From the NCBI RefSeq assembly GCF_009914755.1, contig NC_060939.1: DNA of 64,000 nucleotides; one strand, written 5' to 3'. This document shows, piece after piece, positions 40,515 through 56,010 of this stretch. The notes beneath the pieces were generated by a model. The model ran no database searches, was not told the DNA's origin, and worked only from the letters and a program-made list of their open reading frames with translations. Made by a program: the position numbers and the translations under genes. Each line of letters starts with the position of its first letter. The first letter of the stretch is position 1. The stretch comes from the human T2T-CHM13v2.0 reference genome, Homo sapiens.

Positions 40515-41823
40515 TGACAGATGGAAAAGTACACAACAGAAGAACCCATGTTAGCAGAACACAGTCCCTACTCATTAAGTGCCTGTTTTTTGGCACAGAA
40601 ATTTCTAATCTTCCATCTTTTGTTTGCAACAAAATAGTGAAGAGTAGAGTAGAACTGAAAAGCAAGAGATTACTATGCCCATCCTATGTCCTGCTTTTAG
40701 ACTGATACATTAACACAGGCACAAACAGCACTAACACTATAGGGAGGCACAAATAGCATTAACCCTCCAGTTTCGTCTGTATCAGATTGAGTCTTTAAAA
40801 TATACTATTTTCCACAGTTAACTTTGAAAAAGAGAAAGTTTTTATAAATAAAATGATATTTCCATAAAATATTCAGACTAAGAACATTCACCATTTAAAT
40901 GTACCCAAATAACCGAAGTTTTTATTCTCAAGAGGGTGGCATTCATACAATGAGAGTGGCTGAAGGAGGAGGCCACTCTTTAAAGAAAGTGGGGCTTTTA
41001 TGCCAAACGCAATTAAGTCCTATTTATGGATGCCCATCTGGGAGGCAGTAAATTGTGAAATAAGGGGAAGGGATAAGGGTTGGAGTATCTTCCTAGTATT
41101 CTTTACACAGTCTATTACACTTTAATATACCATGGTTTATGGACCTGACATGGTTGGTATAAACCAACAGGACGCACAGTTAAGAAGTTGTTTTTATTAC
41201 AGCTCTACAAATATGGGAGCCGGGTGATGCTAACGAGGAAACAAAGGGACTGCGCTCTGCTTCACGTGGGATCCGTCTGATGTGAGTGTGGCAATCGTTT
41301 TCCATTTCTTAGAAAATCCCCGTTGTGCACTTTCCAGGAGAAACAAATGCTTTACACCAACAGAGGCACAGCACGCTGACATCGGAAAGGGATGGCCTTT
41401 TAACATTTGAGAGAAGAAAACAACAGATATTTGGAACCAGTTTGTGATGCAGAGTTCTTACCCTTACATTTTTCCTTCTGGTATGCTTGCCCATGGAGGA
41501 CGATATCCTTGCTGGTCTTCCTAAGTTATTAGTTTTCCTGGTTGTGGTGAAATTAGAAGAGTGATCATTTCTGGTCTGTCAGAGCAAGTGTCTAAGCTGG
41601 ATGGTAAAGTTGAAGAGTAGAGGGCCACCTGTGAGATTTTCTGTGTAAAGTGTTATGAGGTTGTATAAAGACATGCTGTCAAGGTTCCTAGTGTAGGGTG
41701 TAGGATTTCCAGGTCACTTGCCTAAGGCTAAAGTGGACTAGGAAACTAGGCTTTTGGTGAAAGTACCAAGTAAAGGACATTGTGTCACTACACTCTGAAG
41801 AGGTCTTCAGAGTCATAAAATAA

Positions 41824-42233
<410 letters not shown>

Positions 42234-42300
42234 TTTTTCACCATTTTAATCTGCCATTTCTAGTTGCCCCTTAAGTGAATTGGAGTATTTTATGGACACT

Positions 42301-42335
42301 AAACAAACAAACAAACAAACAAACAAACAAACAAA
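42301..42335. repeat. (AAAC)n microsatellite
   Basis: About 8 units. Confidence 0.9.
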
Positions 42336-42622
42336 ACCACGAAATGGTATCACCTAACTTGGGCACCTGGGGCTGTTCTCAACCAGGGTCCTTCATCTGA
42401 ACTGCAGAACACAGAAAAGGATTTGAGAAGCTATTTTCTCAGTTTCCCCATATACACATCACCGGGAACATTCTAAATGTCTAGGACAATGCCAACTCAT
42501 TACACACAATGGCAGAGATAGGGCAGTACGACTTAATTCCCTTACACATAGTTGAAAATGTGAGTCCTGAGGCAATCAAACTTACAAGTGACTTATAATA
42601 TTAAGTCATTTACACTTTTATA

Positions 42623-43010
42623 CAGGCTGAGTACTCCTTATCTGAAATGCCTGAGGCCAGAATTGTTTCCAATTTCAATTTTTGTCCCCCACATTTTGGG
42701 ATACTTGCATATACATAATGTAATACATTGGGGATGGGACCCAAGTCTAAAGATGAAATTCATTTATGTTTCATATATACTTTATACATAGAGCTTGAAG
42801 GTAATTTTATTCTTCCCTCAAGGACACTGAAAAAACTGTCTATTGTGCTCCTGCATTTTGGCCGAGACCGTCACATAAAGTCAAGTGATGGGTCTTGTCA
42901 AAACGCAGGTGCGCAACAGACAGTTTATTCATGTCATGTCAGTGCTCAAAAAGTTTCAGATTTTGGAGCATTTTGCATTTTGGATTTTCAGATTAGAGAT
43001 TCTCAGCCTG
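42623..43010. mobile_element. Tigger4/Zombi (MER46)-family MITE
   Basis: TA-flanked TIRs: caggctgagtactccttatctgaaat and attttcagattagagattctcagcctg. Confidence 0.85.
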
Positions 43011-43215
43011 TATCTCTAAATCTAGTACGATGATATTCGTAAAATATCTTATTGGTATAACAACATGAATTACAAAGTGCTGTTTGCATACAATAGAAAG
43101 GGTCAGACCTTCTACAATAGAAATATTTCAGGTGTCATGTATTCATTTATATTCTCTGGTGACTGTAATAATAATTTGTATAGGTGACAGGTACAATTTC
43201 AGAGATCACAATATA

Positions 43216-43538
43216 CAGTTGGCCCTCTGTATCTGTGGGTTATGGATTCCACCAACTGCAGACTGAAAACATTTGGGGAAAAATGGATGGTTGTGTCTGT
43301 GCTGAACATATACACGCTTTTTTTTTCCTTGTCATTCCCTAAACAACACAGTCTAACAACTAGTTATATAGCATTTACATTGTATTAGGTATCATAAGTA
43401 ATCTAGAGATGATTTAAAGAATGGGTGTAGGTTATAGCAATTACGACACCATTCTATATGAGAGACTTGAGCATCTGTAGAGTTTAATATCCATAAGGGT
43501 CCTGGAACCAATCCTCCACGGATACTGAGGGATGACCA
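43216..43538. mobile_element. MER2 (TcMar-Tigger) MITE
   Basis: TA-flanked cagttggccctctgtatctgtgg...ccacggatactgagggatgac, with internal gcatttacattgtattaggtatcataagtaatctagagatgattta. Confidence 0.88.
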
Positions 43539-45176
43539 TAATCTCAAACACTTAACCACATTATACATCTAGTCTGTGATCAATAGTAACTACTGCAAAA
43601 GTAAACATTTTATCAAGTCACAGTTCTAGGAGGTAATCGGACACAAGTATAATTGGGATCTAAATGAAGTATATTTACCCACACTTTTTCAGAAGTAAAC
43701 TCACTTTTTTTTTCCCAATATATTTTCACTAGAGATGAGATGCTTTGCCCCAAGGTAAGTCTTTCAACCATTTACAATACTGACAAAACACTTGGCCTTC
43801 AGACTTTATGAAGGATTTTGTTCATTCTTCTTAAAGGCAATCATTTGATTTGTGGCTGATATTCTACTACTTTTGTTCCTCTGCTTCTGTGTAGTCCAGT
43901 GAAGTCCCTCAATGCTGCACAACTACCTGTATGCAGAAACATCTTGGCTTCGAGTGATACAGATGCAATTCCTTGATGAAGTTGATAAGACAGTATAACC
44001 TTAACCTTGCTATAACTTAGCCCAACTATTTAATCTCAACGTGGAGAAAATGGATACCCAAGTAGATGAAGCGACTATTTGGATTACACTAATAGTCACA
44101 GAATCCAGGACTTTTGACTAATAATTTAATAATTTTGGCTAATAATGTGACTAATAATCTACATTTTCCAACGCTCCCTGCTGCTTCCCAAGGGGCAGCA
44201 TTTTTCTCCAGGATTCCCAAACACCGAGGTGGTATTTCGAAGCTGCACTGTACTACACATCTTCCATAGGAATAGATACATCAGAGAGAAAGTTCCAAGA
44301 TGGAATTTCAGCTTTCACGCTAAATTTCCTGACTCTTGATGCTTTAAAACAGACCGTGGGGGTACAATTTCAGAATGATCTGGTGAGAGACTCATTAACA
44401 TTAATGGGAGTCAGGTGGTCACATTCTCAAACAGGGCCTGAAATTCTCCAAGTTATACCATCTTCTAGACCCATATATGTCTTTAACTTATCAGCATTAA
44501 TAGAAGTGACAGATGTCTTTTGTAAAATGCTTTTCCTTAGTTATTTTTCACAGATATTTCTAAACAAGCATATTTATAAAATATAATTTTCACTTAAGGG
44601 ATAATTATACATAAATCTATTTCCTTGTAATTAAAAAATAATTATACATAAATCCTGTTTCCTTGTAATGTCTACCTTGTCTCCCAGCCATCTCATTTCC
44701 AACGGGAAGGGTCTGACCTTATACAATACTTTAGAAGTATTTCAGGTGTCATGTAGGGAAACTAAACTCTATAGCCTCATCATTCAGACAGCAGACACCA
44801 TTTAGGAAATATTAGGAATTGCAAAGAAGCTAAATTTTTAAAAGAAGGCTTCTTGCATTTTGTTTCATCAAGAACCTTAGTGAAATTTCAAAAGCAATGG
44901 GGTTTACAATCACAAGGCTCTGGATAACCATTTGGTGATAAATTGCAGGTATTCTAATTTGGAGGAAGCTCTTCTTTCCCAGACAACTCTGTCTCATCTT
45001 AACATTAGCACTAGTCTGAAGGTGTATAGTTTCTGAAAGGCATGGACTACGGCCTTTTTCTTTCAAACTTTGTATTCAAATGCTTAGCACTTGAGACTAT
45101 AAACCTAGTATTTATAAATCGGTAACTTGTTGCTTTATTAATTGGTGAGAATGTCCACAAAAGTGTGAATTTGTAG

Positions 45177-45525
<349 letters not shown>

Positions 45526-46129
45526 TGCATGTTTATTTTTATTTCTTCTTTAAAGTAGTGTTCTTCAAAAGCAACTCTCATTTTTTTAACCTCATAGCAT
45601 TTTAGTACTAGATATTCAGCAAATCTAAAGAAAGAAAGCACCTCATGTTGATTTTTTTTAATGGAAGAAAAAGTTCTCCAACTAGCTTCTTTGGGTATCC
45701 CATAACTGCCTCTGATGATTATCTATGATATTTAGGGCCAATACTTCATTCTTCAGACTTTAACTTGTCCATATGTACACTAGATAAAATGAAACCTTAC
45801 ACTTGAAAACTATGGAGCTATACAAAACTTAAGAAATTACCTCATATAAACCCCTCATGCTATAGTTTAAAAACAAGCTAAGTTAAACAATAATAGGAGA
45901 CTGAATAGATAGTGGATTTTCCAATAACGGAATCACGTACTGGAGTGTGTCCCCTTCCCTTCACCAGCCATAGCTACAACTAAGATCCAAGGACAGTCAA
46001 CCTAATGCTTATAAAGTAGTCTAATACAATGGCCTAGCACAGTCAGATTGGTGGTGGTGGTGGTAATGATGGTGATGAACATTCACTGAATACTCAGTAT
46101 GCCAGGTGCTATGATACTAAATTCTTAGG

Positions 46130-46360
46130 TTCTACACTGTGGATTAACAGTGGAGCCGAAGCTTCCAAGTGCTCCATTACTTTCTAACTATTGACACTGG
46201 GTCAGTTGTTTAATGTGGCTAAGACTCAGTTTTCTCATCTATAAATGAAAGTAATGATAGAGCCTACATTCGACAGCTGTAGTAATTAAAAGAGATGTTT
46301 GTAAGGTGCTCGTCCATGGCACCTGGCACATTAGTTAAGTAAATACCGATTATGATAATG
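46130..46360 (+). mobile_element. MIR
   Basis: ctcagttttctcatctataaatg...gcacctggcacattag. Confidence 0.65.
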
Positions 46361-49300
46361 ACTACCATCACTATAATTCTTTGTAATCCAGTGACATTTG
46401 CTTGTGCAGCCTTTCTTGGGTTCCTGTGAAACTTCTCTGGGGAATTTCAGCACCCTGTTTCTCCTTAGTAATACGTGTATCCCTACAGTAAGCTCCCAAG
46501 GATTAAAGCACACTTCCTAGACCCACATACCACAAAACGTGCTTGCAAAAAATATCACGGGAAAATGCTATGACAAAATTATAAATAAAGAATATAAAGC
46601 AGTGGCATGATGTGCCTAAAGTTACGTCAAAAGGTATATCACACACATTATATATATAGTTATCAAAATATTGAATCCATAAAAGAGTCAGAAGGTAACA
46701 TACCAAAATATTATGGTTGCTATTTCTGCCTCTCTGGTTAAGAGGATTTTTGTTTTTCATTTGTTTTTAGTTGCTTTTTGAAGAAAGGGGCTCATTTAAT
46801 ATAATCAGAAAAAGAAACAACAGATGCTGTTTGGAGGCAGCTGCAGAGCACTTTGAAAGCGAGTGACCTGCCTAAGGTCATACAAATAGTTTTGGGCAAA
46901 AAAGAAAGAAGCTGTCCCCTGACTCCCGACTAGTTTTCACTAGGCCACACTGTGATTCTTTATAGGTTCCTGCTGAAAAACTGTAAAACTGTCATATTAC
47001 TACAGTGGAACAATAGAGAAATAAGTCGTAACAGAAAAACAACCATTGTCACGGATAAGTTAAATTTCATTGGGCAGTCACCCACATTAAAGTCCTTTAT
47101 TCACACCTTATACTCACAGGCAACATGAAATTCTACAATCTCTATAAAGTAACCATTCTACATATTTTTTACAAATTGTTCAGAAGGACATCCAATATTA
47201 AGAATAGTTTCAATCACATTATAAAGAGTAAAATTCAGATAAAAAGCTATTAGGCATGGTCAGAGATTTTAATGGCTTAAGACTGACGTTAACTAAAGAA
47301 AAACTAAGAGAAGAAAGAAGCCATACTTATACATGATTTACAATATACAGCATCATACCTTGACAAAGGAAATTTCTTGTTCTAGATCTATTTACACGAA
47401 ACCTCTGACATCTGTGTAGCTTAACACATTTGTTAAATAGCTGAAGCTCTCCCTCTAGAAAAATAATTGTTCAGATGTTTAGTCATAAAAATGAATAGAC
47501 TACCAGAACGTCCTGTAAATAATCATGAAATAGCCATTGCTATCCTTAAATCAATCTTCTTTTAAAACCCTGGCAAAGGCTAAATGTACTTAGGAAACTG
47601 AATTTACATGGCCACAGAACCCGACAAAAGTCTAATTTCCCTAATATTGGCTATTGCTTACAACATCAAATTACTTTTTAACCCATTTTTATTTCACTTG
47701 GTCAAGGGTTTGTCATAGCTGGAGGTTTAAAACGGGTCCACTAGAAATGGTACCCAAGAATTAACACGATGACTTCAAGAGCTCTGATGTTACCAAGTAT
47801 CTAGGTGTGATGAAGGTCATAATCTGTCTCTTGGGTGATATTTGCAGGAAAAGAAAATGCTGAGAGAACTGGGATTCCCAAAGAAGATGCTGCAGAAGAT
47901 ATTTTCCACATTAAAGAACATTTGATCTGTTCCACCAGTAGATGAACCATTAGCAGAAGCAATCATTATCAGAGCCAGTAAAAGGAAATAAAGAAATGAG
48001 GCTTGGTTTTTAAAGTGACCACACTGCTTCTAAGTCGAGGTGAAAGTGCTGACAGTGAATTTATCAGAATTCCAGGTGGAATCCTCCAGAGTCACCTTTC
48101 AATCATAACTGTCATCCTCAGAGAAAAAGCTTTTGTTGAAGAAAAATATGTACAAACATTGAATAATCACATTGATATGGTAACAATTTAACAATACATT
48201 CAATAAGAATGAATGTTACAGTGGGTCACTTTTTCCCTGCTTTTTATCAAACCTTTGTATTTTCCCCAGATTTTACAAGTAATAAATCCTCATTGTAGAA
48301 CATTTGAGAAAGATATAAATAAGAAAATAAAAGCAGTGCATAAGACTTTCTCTGAGCAATGGCCACTATTAATATGCTGATTCATTTCATAAATGTATAT
48401 ATTTATAATCACACACTCATTTGTGCTTTAGTTATATAGTTGAAATTATATTGAATGTAATGTCCTTTCTTGCTTTTTCATTTTTTCCCTTGCATTTTAT
48501 TTAACATAAAGGTATAGGTATAGGTCAACTTCTAAATGAATACTTTTATAATGAATTTATATTTAAATTTACAATTATTAAAAATAATTGTTGAAAAATT
48601 AGCCTTTATTTCAAAGTGAGTATGGAACCTATTCAAACAAAACATTTTCTAGAAACTCATGAAAGCATTTCAGAATAATTTTTTGACAGTTCTTCCTAAA
48701 CGAGATCTTGTAGGAAAGAAGTGTTTATGAAGGATTATTAAAATATTACCAAATAGAATTAAGGCAGATTTTTATCTTTTGATTTAACTTGGAAATCATC
48801 CATTGCTTCACCCTTTAGTCTTCCTATTTTTGCGCCTTAGAGAAATGTTTTACATGGCTACCAGTGCATTTTAAAATAGTGTCTAATACTGCAAAGTAAG
48901 TTGAGATTTCTTTATCCTGTGCTTAAACCTAATATATACTACTTATTCTGTATTTGAAAAATATAGTATAAAGAAAATACCCTTAATGCAAAAAATATTG
49001 AGGATCAGTATATTCTTGGAAGCAAATGTGAAGCCTCTGTGTATATGACAAGCCACACACACAAGCACGCATTCAGTAGGAAACAGATCTCCCTCGAAAT
49101 CTGAGAGGGTAAAATGTTCAAATATTATGCAAACTGGAGAAGTGCCACCATCTCCTGTACGCAGGAGCCTGAAGCTAATTGTACAAGTGGCACGAAGCTG
49201 ATTTCAGAAAGTAAAAAAAAAAAAAAAGGCTCATGAAACCAGAGGCTTGAAATGTTTTACTGGAGAAAAACCATAGCATTACCTCCTCCTGTGGGATGAT

Positions 49301-50388
49301 AACAATGATTTATGAAGCTGAAGTCATTCCTTGTGATTGCACTTCAGGGAGATTGGTTTCACATGATCTGCGAAGGCAGGCAAGGCGAGCTGAAGAAGAA
49401 CCCCACATGTTCAACTGAGGCTGAGCTCTGCCTCTTCAAGGGGATTCCAGAGCTCCGAGGAGGGGGAGGAAAACCTACTGCTTTCTGATCCATGCAACCC
49501 CCTTCCCCCCAACCAACAAGCTTATTAGGTGGACATACGGCTCTCTTATTTTCTCTCTCCTTTTAAAAAGTATTACTACTTCTGCTGTGTGGGAGTAGAA
49601 GCTTGTTGTAAATGCCCAGCAGGATAGTAGCAAAGCCAAGATTAATTCCCTATGGATTTATATGGGTCGTTCTCACCCACGATGACTTGTACCGTTTCAA
49701 AGGTGCTTATGCTGCTGTTTTTATGGCTGGTCACTAACTTTATTCTGGCATATGGTGGTTGGCGCCATGACATGGAGTGAACATTTTATACCTGAATTAA
49801 AGTGGATATTTGACAGTTTCTGTCAGAAAGTTCAGAGCAAAGAATTTGTGGGACAAGATTTATTGCATATTTTATATGGGACACATCTGTTTCTTTGCTA
49901 GCTTTGTTCCTTCCCACAAAAAAATTTAAAGACGTTTCCTAAAGAAATATAATGACTGATAGGAAAAAAATTCCAAAGCAGAAGAAAAATATGGTCAAAA
50001 GTTGGGCATTTAGGATCTAACTTTATAAAAAAGAAAGAAAAAAAACCACTTCTCATTTTGACGAGGAAAAATGACTCACAGTCATGTATAGAAGCTCAGT
50101 GAAACAATGCTGTTATTATTGGCAATTATTTTATGGTTAGTTTAATGTCATTTATATAATGAAATTAAAAATGTAAATGTATTACCTACCATTTTTCGCA
50201 TACTTGAAACAGGACTGGCAAGAATAATCTGCCTTTGATGTATTTTTAAGATTTTGCCATCTCAAATGGTGGACTGAATAATAAGTCCAGCTACATCAGT
50301 GTTAAACAAAATAATTACAGATATTTAAACATTTAAAACTGATATGCCTAAAGATAAACGCAGACGACTTCCAACCAAAATCCATCAA

Positions 50389-50560
50389 TACAACCTGAAG
50401 GGTGTATATAAACTTCTCATCTAAAAACTCCCTGTATTGTAAAAAGTCAACTGAGTAACAAAGATTCATGATTACAACGTGAAGGGTGTATATAAACTTC
50501 TCATCTAAAAACTCCCTCTACTATAAAAAGTGAACTGAGTAACAGAGATTCATGATTACA
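50389..50560. repeat. 84-bp tandem duplication (2 copies, 6 mismatches)
   Basis: tacaac(c/g)tgaagggtgtatataaacttctcatctaaaaactccct...gattcatgat starts at 50389 and again at 50473. Confidence 0.93.
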
Positions 50561-51733
50561 TAAAAAGCGGGCTCAACCTGAAACTTTGCGTTAACAGACA
50601 GGCCACTTTTTCTTTTAACTGCAAAGAGAGAGGCTTTAATTCTATTATGAAACTGAAAATAAAACTTCCACTCTTAAATATTTTGCAAAATTAATCCTTA
50701 ACTAATTTAGGTTATATGCATTCTCCTTATAAAAATATAAAACATTACAGATAAAGTCCCCCTGATAGCCCTCTGCATCACACCCTCTGTCTCCCCCAAC
50801 ACATATATATATATAGTTATCTTCTACAACTCAAGTACTGTTATCATTTTGGGAGTATCCTTCCAGAACTTCTGAGTGTCCCTGTGCAAACATGCAAGGT
50901 TTCTCTAAGACAGACATAGAGAAGTAGATTTGTTAGTGTTATCAGGTAGACATAGTTTTAATTTATTTGAGACTGTCAGTCCTCCACAATGATAGTATAA
51001 TTTAATACTACGAAGGGCTGATAATTGTTTTGTCAAACTTTTAAAATTCTGCAAATTACATAGATTTTGGTACCAACCCTTGGTTAAATATTTTGCAAAT
51101 ATATTTTCCCATGCTTTTGCTTGTCTATTAACTTTGTTTACAACGTTTATCATTTTTAAATTTAAATCTGAAACAGTCAAATTCATAAATACTCTTCATG
51201 TCTTTTGCTGATTAAATCATTTGCAAGAAGGTCTCGTCTACTCCCAAGGTAATAAAGAGGTCTCGTATTTTAATACTGTCTATATTTTTGGTTTTGCTTT
51301 TGTCCTTTAGATTATTATTTGAAATTGTGTGAGGCAGTTTTGTTGTTGTTGTTGGAGATGGATAAACACTGTTCAAATGTCACAGATTTTCTAAGATACA
51401 ATTTTCTAAGAGATAATCAGATTTTCTAAGAGATAATCAGAGTATCCAAATAATGGCAGATTGTCTTGTCCTCTCTCAGGTTTAAATGAGTCATTTCTTT
51501 TTCCTTTCAGCTGCCTGGGTAAAGTTGGTCCATTCGTGTTTATTTTGATTATGAATATATTTAGATTAATCCTCATATTTATTTTGTACTTTTCTTCACC
51601 AAGCTTGCTGGCTATTTACTTTTTCACCTTTTCCTAACTTTTGTTGGATTCACCAAACTGTCTTTGCTTCATTTTTCCTTTACTGGTTTGAACATGATAA
51701 ATTCTAACTTTTTGACTAATAAATATTTAAATC

Positions 51734-52034
<301 letters not shown>

Positions 52035-52371
52035 AATACTTAAATCTTAACACCCATTATACCTGTGATTTTAAGGTTATCTACAGCTAATTATATCTCA
52101 ATACCCTAACCTGGAACAATATAAGGGAGGCTTGCTTTTCCTTTCATTCTCCTCCTAAATTCTACGGTCACATCCAATGCCTCATCCCATTTTGATATCA
52201 CCTGCAATTTTATTTCCACATTATCAAACACAAATGCTTTACATTTTATTAGTAATGCTTTAACCATTATTTTATAAATGTCTTTGCTCATTATACCTTT
52301 TGCTACTCCACTTCTTCCTAGATTCATTTTCAACTTGAAGAAGTACAACTTCAAGAGAAGATCTGTGAGAT

Positions 52372-52662
<291 letters not shown>

Positions 52663-53270
52663 CTACGATTAGTAATCTTTCTAGGCTCTGCGTTTCTCAA
52701 AAGAATTTACTTTTCTCATTTACTTTAATGACAGTTTGGTTAAATTTAGAATTCTAGGTTCTGATATTTTTCCCCTCAGAACTTTACACTTATTACTCCA
52801 TTTTTTTTTCCTGCATCCAGTGTTGCTGCTCAGAAGCTTCTTGTCTCTCAGCATTTTTCTAAAGCCTTGATTTCTCAAGGTTCATTATAAAGAATTAAGG
52901 GTGCACATATGTGTACATTTATTTTTCATTGCCTCTGTTGGCTCTTTCAATAAGAGATGCAATGTATTTTCATTTCTGGGAAGTAATGTTGCATTATTTG
53001 AGTATTTCTTACTCTCTTTTAAAAATATTTCATCAACTCAAATTTTAATTTCTATATTCTCTACTGGATTCTTTTTTATGAAGGTGTCTGTATCTTATAG
53101 TTCTCTGAGATTATAAAACACACATGTTCTGAATATCTGTTCTGCCTACAAGCATGTTTTTTCAGGTGTAAATTCTCCTGTTTGTTGAGTTTCTTGGCTT
53201 TCCTCTGTTGTTGATTCTGGACACGGAACCAATCTTGCTAGTTGAGTCTCACCATTGGGTACAAGAGTAG

Positions 53271-53749
<479 letters not shown>

Positions 53750-54884
53750 GAGAGTTTCTATCGTTATTGCCTACACCAAGGTGGGCCCAAAGAGGTCATC
53801 TCTGCAGAATGAGAAAATTCTCACAAATGCCGTTATTCCAAGAAAACTGCTTAAATTTCAAAACTCAAAGTTTTAAGTTTCCTCTCACATACATTCTATG
53901 ACAGTTCTTACATGTTTTGAGCATTTTTAAAGATTTGTAAACCAACAAAATGCTAAAGTAGCAATTTTACTATTATCATAAATAAGGACATGGTGGTACA
54001 ATCATAACCATTTTTAAAATACCAATTTTAAAGGCACTATGTGGAAACAAAGCCCCTGAAAGCTACTATTCCAACTCATGCTGGAGGTTTAGTCACACCC
54101 CTGGTCCAGAATGCTTCGTGGGTAACTTTCATATTCGAAAAGTATTCTTCACAGAACAGGCTTCTGCGAACTCACAAGGTGGAAGGCATGGAGCCTGGAG
54201 CTGTAACATCCTACTGCAAACATAGGGAAGACCACATTGGAACAGTGTGCCCCTGCCAAAAGCCATGTGCTCCCTTCTTTACAGGTCTATAAAATGGCAT
54301 GTGTGATTAAATAAGATTTCACTGAAGTGCTGGAAGCCACACACAGTTGAAACATGGACTTGGGGATGGCAGCAATGCCACCAGCAACAGATAGTGTAAT
54401 GTACCCCCCGTGAGAGGGGAAAGGTGGGAAAGCAATTTTTAAAAATCTTTGGTCACGTTATTATTAATCATGTTATTTAATAACTGTGAGTACTATTTAA
54501 AAAGCAACACGTCCCATTTCCTTCATACCATGAAAGCCAAGTCTGCCTGGGCTGGAGCGTGGAGCCCAACACTGGTTTTCAGAGGCTCAGATTCTTACAT
54601 GGTCCTCTTAGTGCGTGCTTACCTCACAGAGTGGATAGATATCCACATGAATTTGACAGATTACACATAGGTAATGCTTTAGAGTTTTTTGAACATTTTC
54701 AGAAACAGTATTTTTAAATTTTATTTGCAAGGAAAAAATGCTTATCAGTGGCAAGTCAGGTAGGGTCATGTTCAACATTGGTCAATTATCTCACCCATTC
54801 TGATCACTTGCTCTGTTCCCGCCACTGGCTCTTCTTCTCCCTCTTAAATATATTCAGGCTCCAAGGCCCGCTCTCTAGACTCTT

Positions 54885-55045
54885 TTCTATCTTTTAAGAG
54901 ACAAGGTCTCACTCTGTCACCTAGGCTGGAGCACAGTGGTGCAATCAAGGCTCACTGGAGCCTCCAATTCCTAGGCTCAAGTGATCCTCCCACCTCAGCC
55001 TCCTGAGTAGCTGGGACTACAGGTGTGAGCCACCGTGCCCCAGCC
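54885..55045 (-). mobile_element. Alu monomer (FRAM/FAM-like)
   Basis: Single arm: gagacaaggtctcactctgtcacctaggctgg...gtgagccaccgtgccc. Confidence 0.8.
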
Positions 55046-55049
55046 CTCT

Positions 55050-56010
55050 GTTTTATAATTAGCTATAAATTCAGCTACTCTCGTTCTGCCGATGAATCTC
55101 AAATCTCTATCATCAACTCCAAACTACATTCTCAACATCAGATTTGCATTTCCCCTGCTCTGCTGAACATCCTGACATGAATAGCTGTCCAGGAATTCCA
55201 ATTATTCCCTGAATTGTCTACCATAACACAAATTTGTTCCTTTCCTTGTCTGAGTCACCTCAGTAAATAGCATCGACATTCACTAAGATGATCAAAACCT
55301 GGGATTTGGCTCCTCCTTTTGTACAACTCCTACGTTTAAATCCAATTCCTGTCTTTTCTACTTCGAAAACATAGTCTTGAATTCATCCATACTTTTCCAT
55401 CTCAATTTCCACCAGCCTGGTCCAAGATGCTCATTTTTCACCTGAGCTACTTCAGTAACTTCCTTATCTACTTTTGCCTCTGTGCATTTATTTGTCTACA
55501 CAGCAACCAGAATAATCTTTTAAAACATGAATGTAGTCAGGTTACTTTCATTTTACAAATTCTTTTAAGGCTTCCTGTAGAATAAAATCCAAATTCCGTC
55601 TCATGATCTTCAGGGCCCTGCCTAGGTGGTCTGCCCTAGTTCTAGTTGTATTCGCCCATCTTAATCTCTCAGTATGCCAAGCTCTCAGCTGCCTCAGGGC
55701 TGCCAATCATGGTGTTCTTTCTGCGTACGATGTGTTTTTCTTCTATGCTTCCTATAACTGGCTCCTTCCCAGACTTAAATGTCATCACTGTTCTACTCTC
55801 CCTACTCTTTTAAAGTAGGTTTCTTAATACCAGCCCTCTTCAGCCAAACCTAAACTTTCCACAATTTGTAATTATACAATGGGTTACTTATTTGCTCTTT
55901 TGTCTCTTGCGCTTGCTAATTATAAGTTTATCTGTCCTGTTCATGACTATATAAACTATGCCTGGCACAGTACCTGACACACTGCTGACTCTCAAAAATG
56001 GGCTGAAGAA
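55050..56010 (+). mobile_element. L2 fragment
   Basis: agaataaaatccaaattcc...agggccctg...tgcctggcacagtacctgacaca. Boundaries approximate. Confidence 0.7.

Noticed and set aside
47807-47862. Possible C/D-box snoRNA (GTGATGA...CTGA)
   Set aside because: Too short, lacks a terminal stem, and is antisense to the host transcript.
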